In this document: positions 58,114-64,000 of the stretch, piece by piece
How the letters are laid out: the number at the start of each line of letters is the position of its first letter
Numbering within the stretch: position 1 is the stretch's first letter
Assembly: GCA_964482915.1 (NCBI GenBank)
Contig: CAYZYU010000002.1
Span: 3,339-67,338, forward strand
Length of the DNA stretch: 64,000 nt
Direction of reading: 5' to 3'
Source: Candidatus Woesearchaeota archaeon
Lineage (GTDB): Archaea > Nanobdellota > Nanobdellia > Pacearchaeales > GW2011-AR1
The notes under the pieces: generated by a model
The model's input: only the letters and a program-made list of their open reading frames with translations
Database searches by the model: none
Told to the model about the DNA's origin: nothing
Position numbers and translations under genes: made by a program

Positions 58114-58674
58114 ATGGTAATAAAACGCCATACAATTGAAGAGTATAATAGAAAACACAAAAATCAACTCCCAGAAATAGAAGGAGAAAAAGTAATTCTT
58201 GCTCCTGTTCCTGATTCAAACGATTTTTATGAATTATATCTTAAGTGGATATCTAATGAAGATTTAAAATATAAACTTGGAGAAGAAGGGACAAAATACA
58301 CTTGGCAAGAGATAAAAGGAATGCATGATGAATGGAGAAAAGATTTCAAGAACATGACTTTTTGTATATTAAATAAAGAGACAAAAGAACCTATAGGAGA
58401 TATAAATCTCTTTGATAGTGAGGAATTCAAAAGTATGCCAGAAATATCAATTATGATAGGAGAACATGCTGGAAAAGGTTTTGGGACAGAGGCTTCAAGA
58501 TTACTCTTGGATTTTGCATTCAATAAACTAAAATTAAAAGAAGTTAATTTAAGCGTGTATAAGGATAATCTTCCTGCAGTGGGTCTTTATAAAAAATTAG
58601 GTTTTGAAACATTTGGGGAGACAAAAGATGAAGATGGAAGAGAAGAATATCTAATGAAGATAATTAAGAAGTAA
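58114..58674 (+). CDS. GNAT acetyltransferase (RimJ/RimL-like)
   Basis: GKGFGTEA, NLPAVGLYKKLGF. Confidence 0.88.
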   Translation: MVIKRHTIEEYNRKHKNQLPEIEGEKVILAPVPDSNDFYELYLKWISNEDLKYKLGEEGTKYTWQEIKGMHDEWRKDFKNMTFCILNKETKEPIGDINLFDSEEFKSMPEISIMIGEHAGKGFGTEASRLLLDFAFNKLKLKEVNLSVYKDNLPAVGLYKKLGFETFGETKDEDGREEYLMKIIKK

Positions 58675-58759
58675 AGTTATCTTAGTAAAATTAGATTATC
58701 ATGATTATAACCATGCCTGTCCAACTTAATTATAGTGTGAAATTAACTGTTACAGATAA

Positions 58760-59299
58760 TTACTTTCTTTTATTTTTCAATTTCCTTTCTTTACTTAATA
58801 TAACCCAATAAACAATTATTAATAAGAGAATATCAATTATCATAAACAAAGACTCTCTCCAATAAATTATTCCATTAATTTTAAAGTTAGATATTGGCCA
58901 GAGCATCGGAGTTGGAAAATGACTTTTTAGATGTGTTGGGATGTCTATTAATATATGAAGCAACCATCCACAAACAATCCAGATAGGTCTTCTAAATATT
59001 AACCAGATTAATAGAAATATTAATGAGAATATTATTAGGCTATGACTTATGTTGTAGAGAATATCAATGATATTTGAATAAGGGGGGGAGAGCATTGTAT
59101 TTGATATCGCTGCAATATTAAATCCAGTTTGTATTATGATTATAATAAAAAATATAATAAAAGGTATGACAAAAGAAATTATATCCGGAAACATCCCAAA
59201 AAAGGCAGCTTGCCAAAATTTGAATCTTTTCTTTTTTGATTTTATGTTTATTGATTTAAATAATGCCCCACTCCATAATGCGTGAGAGATTGTATCCAT
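58760..59299 (-). CDS. YdjM-like membrane-bound metal-dependent hydrolase
   Basis: SHAL, PD, SHSL, HILID. Confidence 0.8.
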   Translation of the reverse strand: MDTISHALWSGALFKSINIKSKKKRFKFWQAAFFGMFPDIISFVIPFIIFFIIIIIQTGFNIAAISNTMLSPPYSNIIDILYNISHSLIIFSLIFLLIWLIFRRPIWIVCGWLLHILIDIPTHLKSHFPTPMLWPISNFKINGIIYWRESLFMIIDILLLIIVYWVILSKERKLKNKRK

Positions 59300-59386
59300 A
59301 AATTTTATAATTATCTCCTCTTTAAAAACATTATATGCTCTTTTTACTAATGATACACTTATAAATTACTTTTATCTACTTACTAT

Positions 59387-60103
59387 ATGAAAAAGAGGAT
59401 TGCTAATTTTTTTAAGAGAAATTGGGTTATAATCTTAATTATACTCCTTCTTGCTGCAATATTTTCTTATTCTTATTTTTCAAAAGGAGTAGTTTATTCT
59501 ATTTCAAGCAGCGATGAGGATGCTGTAGTTAATTTTGTAGATTCTTTTGGTTCTTTTTCATATTTAGCATTCATGATATTAGTTATATTAGAAGTTGTTT
59601 TAGCTCCAATACCTGCATTAGCATTATATGTAGCAGGGGGTGCATTGTTTGGTACTTTTTTAGGGGGAACTTTAACCTTAATAGGAAACCTAATTGGAGC
59701 ATTTATAGCATTTTGGATAGCAAGAAGATTTGGAAGGAAATTTGTAGAAAGAAGAGTTGATACAAAGACCAGAAAGAAGTTTGATAATTTTTCACAAAAA
59801 TATGGTGCTCTCTCATTATTTGTATTAAGAATAAACCCTTTTACTACTTCAGATTTATTTAGTTATCTTGCAGGGTTAACTAATATGAAAGTTAGAAGTT
59901 TCCTTTTGGGAACAGGACTTGGATTAATTCCTATGATCTTTGCTCAGGCTTATTTTGGTGAAACTTTTGTAAAAAATCATCCTATATTATATGCAGTTTT
60001 AATATGGATAAGTATAGCTTATCTTCTAATATTCTTGTATTTAATCCTTAAAACATTATCAATGAAGAAGAAAGAAGTTAATACTTCAAAAAAGAAAGAT
60101 TAA
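59387..60103 (+). CDS. TVP38/TMEM64 (DedA/VTT) family membrane protein
   Basis: PIP..GALFG, RINP..SYLAG. Confidence 0.88.
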   Translation: MKKRIANFFKRNWVIILIILLLAAIFSYSYFSKGVVYSISSSDEDAVVNFVDSFGSFSYLAFMILVILEVVLAPIPALALYVAGGALFGTFLGGTLTLIGNLIGAFIAFWIARRFGRKFVERRVDTKTRKKFDNFSQKYGALSLFVLRINPFTTSDLFSYLAGLTNMKVRSFLLGTGLGLIPMIFAQAYFGETFVKNHPILYAVLIWISIAYLLIFLYLILKTLSMKKKEVNTSKKKD

Positions 60104-62040
60104 TCTTTATTCTCCTTGAAAAAATCTAATACTCTTGAATCAGGACTCATAAGGGTTACTTCATCTTCTTTGAATCTTACTCCTCTGTAGACTTTTTGAA
60201 GTATTTCTCTTCGTGCCTTATCCTTGTAAAAACTCCAGTATCTTTGGGGATTAGTCCTATTAAGTATCTTCCAGAATGCATCTTGAACATTAGGATTAGG
60301 AAACTTTGTAAAAATTATGCTCTTACATTCATCACCTGGGAAATCAACTCCTCTTGAACATTTAGTAGAGAACAATACATCTATCTTACCATCTTTGAAA
60401 TCTTTTACAATTCTACTTTCTTTATCATTATTTTGTATTTGGATTAATTCTTCTCTAGAGATTGTATGGTAAAGTTTAAACTTTTCTTTTTCAAATCTAT
60501 CTGGCAAATCCCCGAAACTATTAACATGTATTAAGATTGGTTTTTTTGCAATTTCTATACATTTATCAAGAGATTCTAGATATTTTCTTCTTTCTGCTTT
60601 TCCAGAGGAGAAATTAGAATATTTACAATCCATTTCTCTCCCAGTCTTTAATATTTTTATCTTTCCAGGATTCTCAGTCTCAGCATCTATTATCTTGAAT
60701 CTCTCTATACCAAATACATCTGACAGGACCTCTGGAGAATGGAGAGTACCAGACATTAGTATAATGATTTTGTTTTTATTTATCATCTCTCTGAATTTCT
60801 TTTCCAGATTTATAGTAACTATACTTGCAATTAAATTATCTTCTCTCTTGTCAAATATTACATAGGATTCATCTAAAAACTCATCAAACATTCTAACAGT
60901 TCCTATAACATCATGAACATAACTTTCTTCATCTATCTCTTCACTAAACTCAGAGTTTTTAATCAGGATTTTAAATAAATCATACAATCCTGTTTTTTTA
61001 AGCTCAACAATTTCTCTTTTTTTTATTAATTCATACACTTGGCTGTTTCTTTTAAGATGATTTAATATTTCATTTATTTCTTTAATTATCTTAAAATTTT
61101 CTTCTTCATGAACTATCGCATGTGTAAGAGAATTTTGAAATCTATCAATATTTATATTTCTTTGATTAGAAAAACTATCTAGAAATTCATCACATTCATC
61201 TATTATCTCAACTTCTGTGCAAGGTTTCCTGTTCAAAGCACTTTCAAGTTTATATTTTAATGAATTAAAAACAATTATGTCTGAATCAATATAAGAATTG
61301 AATTGCTCATAAAATCCGCATCCAGGTTTTCTTCTATAGAAAAAGAAATTTTTTCCCTGAAGCCCTCTGTATTTTATTTTATCTTTCTCATCTAGATTTT
61401 TTACATCATATTCCTCCGGTACAACGGGGCTCCAATAAGGACATACAGGGGCGATAGACATTCTTTTTATGTCAGATATCTTATCAAAATTCTTTGGATT
61501 TATCTTTTTATTTTGTGTTAAGTACTCTTTTAATCTTTGCATATTTTTTTCTTTTATCTCAATCTTGCAAGGAATATTTTTATTGTCTGCAGATAAGTCC
61601 TTAGAGATAAGTTCCTGCATTTTCTCCCTTTTTCCTTCAAAGATATCATATAATTTTGAATTTATCTCCTGTTTTTGAGAAGGTATAGCATTTTTATTAT
61701 CTTCAAGAAACTTACACTTATGATTATTTCTCCCAGTTATCACAGATATCTTCAATTTTTGTTTTTTATTGTTAAGGATATACTTATTTTCTTCATAATC
61801 TCTCTTATATTGTTGTTGCAATGCTTTGCTTGGCACAACTATTGAGCTTTTCCCAAGTTCTTTTGCTATATTAAGAGCAATACCGCTTTTTCCAGTCCCA
61901 CATTTTCCATGAATAAAGATTATCTTATTCCCTTCTTTTATAGAATTAATGACTTCTTTTACAACATCTTCTTGAGTTTTACCATTGGAGAACTTTAACG
62001 GTTCTAAAAATTTCCCCTTTTCATATAAATTCCATAACAT
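60100..62040 (-). CDS. DinG/Rad3-XPD-like SF2 helicase
   Basis: GKCGTGKS, IIDECD, MSGT, RGVDFPG. Confidence 0.82.
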   Translation of the reverse strand: MLWNLYEKGKFLEPLKFSNGKTQEDVVKEVINSIKEGNKIIFIHGKCGTGKSGIALNIAKELGKSSIVVPSKALQQQYKRDYEENKYILNNKKQKLKISVITGRNNHKCKFLEDNKNAIPSQKQEINSKLYDIFEGKREKMQELISKDLSADNKNIPCKIEIKEKNMQRLKEYLTQNKKINPKNFDKISDIKRMSIAPVCPYWSPVVPEEYDVKNLDEKDKIKYRGLQGKNFFFYRRKPGCGFYEQFNSYIDSDIIVFNSLKYKLESALNRKPCTEVEIIDECDEFLDSFSNQRNINIDRFQNSLTHAIVHEEENFKIIKEINEILNHLKRNSQVYELIKKREIVELKKTGLYDLFKILIKNSEFSEEIDEESYVHDVIGTVRMFDEFLDESYVIFDKREDNLIASIVTINLEKKFREMINKNKIIILMSGTLHSPEVLSDVFGIERFKIIDAETENPGKIKILKTGREMDCKYSNFSSGKAERRKYLESLDKCIEIAKKPILIHVNSFGDLPDRFEKEKFKLYHTISREELIQIQNNDKESRIVKDFKDGKIDVLFSTKCSRGVDFPGDECKSIIFTKFPNPNVQDAFWKILNRTNPQRYWSFYKDKARREILQKVYRGVRFKEDEVTLMSPDSRVLDFFKENKD

Positions 62041-62079
62041 AGAATATCAAGAATTTATGAGGGATTATAAGGTTTATTG

Positions 62080-63093
62080 TCAAATTTGATTAACTTTTAT
62101 CTTCAACTCTTTCTTATCTTTTCCTAATACATATGCTCTTGAAAATTCATGCTTATCAAGAAGTTTATATTCTTTTAATCCGATATTTTTTAGCTCTCTT
62201 AATAAAACTTCAATAAAATCTTCTATTTCTTTGTCTGTAGGCATTCTTTCATATCCAAGTCTATTTCTTGCAAAACCCACACTCATGAATCCTTTTATCT
62301 CAATAAATTTAGGTTGAGATTTCTTTATTAATTGCGCATATTCTTTTGCTTGTCCTGGAAACATGTTCAAATCTTTTACTAAATTCATCCTGAATACAGT
62401 TCTTGTTTTGTCTTTTAATTTTGGAAGAAGAATTAAAGTTTGATTTAGTTTTTTCCAAGCCTCTTTAATTCTACTTCTATGGAATTTATTATAATTTATT
62501 TCATTTGAGGTGTTTATTGAAACATAAAGTTGTGTTGGAAGTTGATTTTTTTTGAGAAGTTCTTTAATTTTTTCAGGATAAAGACCATTTGTAACCAAAA
62601 AAGAAGTTTTCCCTCTTTTCCTTAATTCTTTTATTAATTCTCCAACATAAGGATAAGTAGTTGGCTCTCCAGAAAGAGAGATTGCAAATTGCATTGGTTC
62701 TTGCGCCTCTTTATACTTTTCTTGATTTGCCTTGCTTAACTGTAATTTTTTTGATTTAGGATCTATGTTAAACCCTTCTAGTAGTTTTCTCTGTGCCTTT
62801 ATTGCAGCATCAATTATTTCTTTTGGACTATCAATCTTTCCAGGGATTTTCTCTCCTGTAGTATATTCAATGGCTCTCCAACAGTGAACACATTGATTTG
62901 GACAGTAAAGACTTGGTGTCATCTGGCAGCATAAATGTGATTTTATCCCATAAAATTTCTCTTTATAACAAATTCCTTCATCTCTCAAAGATTTTTTTGT
63001 CCATCTGCATATTTGTACAGCAGAATGTTCATTCTTGCCAATAACTTCATAATGCTGTTTTTTAAGAAGCTGTTTTATATTATTGTCTAACAT
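62080..63093 (-). CDS. taw1: 4-demethylwyosine synthase Taw1/TYW1 (radical SAM)
   Basis: CYKEKFYGIKSH.C.QMTP, CPNQCVHCWR, SLSGEPT. Confidence 0.93.
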   Translation of the reverse strand: MLDNNIKQLLKKQHYEVIGKNEHSAVQICRWTKKSLRDEGICYKEKFYGIKSHLCCQMTPSLYCPNQCVHCWRAIEYTTGEKIPGKIDSPKEIIDAAIKAQRKLLEGFNIDPKSKKLQLSKANQEKYKEAQEPMQFAISLSGEPTTYPYVGELIKELRKRGKTSFLVTNGLYPEKIKELLKKNQLPTQLYVSINTSNEINYNKFHRSRIKEAWKKLNQTLILLPKLKDKTRTVFRMNLVKDLNMFPGQAKEYAQLIKKSQPKFIEIKGFMSVGFARNRLGYERMPTDKEIEDFIEVLLRELKNIGLKEYKLLDKHEFSRAYVLGKDKKELKIKVNQI

Positions 63094-63143
63094 TAATTTT
63101 ATAGTTATATTTGGTTTAAAAGTTTGTTGAGTAGAAAAAAGTT

Positions 63144-64000
63144 TTATTTTACAAAAAGACTTATTCCCCAGAAGACCATAAGTACTAAGAAAAGGAATAG
63201 CAAGAAGTTTGTCGATATCTTAAACCAGAGTTCAGCTTTCTGTTTACTCTTGGTAATGCTTAATATTGTAAGATAGAAGAACCTTCCACCATCAAAAATA
63301 CCCATAGGAAGCATATTCATAAGTGCTACACTAATACTTATTAATACAAGCCACCAAAGAAGATCATATATGAATGTTCCAGCTTCAAATTTAGGTTCAT
63401 AATATACATATTCTTTTTTGAAAGAAGATAACCAATCAACTATTTTACCAAAAACACCTTTTCTCTTTTGTTCTACATATCCAACGCCTACCCAAGGTTT
63501 ATCAGAATCTTCGGGATTCTCAGCAAGGGTTATAAGATAATCTTTAGTTGAATCTCCTATTTTAGTGGTTATGGTTATATTCTCTCCAGGAGAATATTTA
63601 GAGATCTCTTCACCAAAGGATTCCCAATCTGTTATTTTAATCCCTTCTAATGCTATAATTGTACCATTAATCTCGGCATTTATTGCAGGAGAATCATCAT
63701 AGAATACTAAATAATTTGTTGAATTTTTTTGTTTTTCCAAATCTACTTTACTTATAAGATAGGTTCTATTTCCTGCCTTTATCTTATTTAATCCATTTTC
63801 ATAGGATAAAATTAATAATCCTTCACTAGTAGGGTTAGAAACAGAAATATTATTTATAGAAATTATACTTGTTAAGCTAACTGCAGAATAGGAATATGTA
63901 TTGAATTCTGCACCCGCTGGTGCAAATGCACTAATAAAGAAGAGAAACAAGACTATAAAGAAAATTATTGCTGTAATAACATTGGCAAAAGTCCCTGCAG
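63144..64000 (-). CDS. Site-2 protease (M50) with PDZ-like domain, 5'-truncated by the window edge
   Basis: Frame open to the edge (AGTFAN); NMLPMGIFDGG motif. Confidence 0.85.
   Translation of the reverse strand, partial: AGTFANVITAIIFFIVLFLFFISAFAPAGAEFNTYSYSAVSLTSIISINNISVSNPTSEGLLILSYENGLNKIKAGNRTYLISKVDLEKQKNSTNYLVFYDDSPAINAEINGTIIALEGIKITDWESFGEEISKYSPGENITITTKIGDSTKDYLITLAENPEDSDKPWVGVGYVEQKRKGVFGKIVDWLSSFKKEYVYYEPKFEAGTFIYDLLWWLVLISISVALMNMLPMGIFDGGRFFYLTILSITKSKQKAELWFKISTNFLLFLFLVLMVFWGISLFVK

Noticed and set aside
56257..58699. Imperfect direct repeat (56257-56280 versus 58676-58699) as att sites around tRNA-Ser
   Set aside because: It is AT-rich, gapped, does not include tRNA sequence, and no integrase is nearby; chance is plausible.

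Overview
This is a low-GC archaeal chromosome segment. The gene content and streamlining fit a DPANN lineage, most plausibly Pacearchaeota-like (inference, not a database result). Core content from about 7 kb onward: (a) rpoD-S11-S4-S13, DUF655-rpoF-L21e and rpoN; (b) a lone 5S rRNA and four tRNAs; (c) secF-secD; (d) a ~23 kb nucleotide-sugar/N-glycosylation region ending in aglB-aglH; (e) the L3-to-secY ribosomal superoperon; (f) AMP phosphorylase and R15P isomerase; (g) a DinG/XPD-like helicase, taw1 and a partial site-2 protease. The most unusual part is 1-6960, an array of at least 12 co-oriented orphan genes. Several look built for a diderm (Bacteroidota-like) envelope, with lipoboxes followed by K/E/D export-like signals and a beta-signal-like C-terminus. 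They are separated by recurring non-coding modules: large-loop hairpins with U-tracts, a covarying small hairpin, and two conserved leader motifs. This contrasts with the TATA-box/leaderless architecture of the core genes. Three of the four tRNAs deviate from the canon: Leu with anticodon AAG, Gly(TCC) with C33 and C55, and Ser(TGA) with G8. No CRISPR array or transposase was seen.
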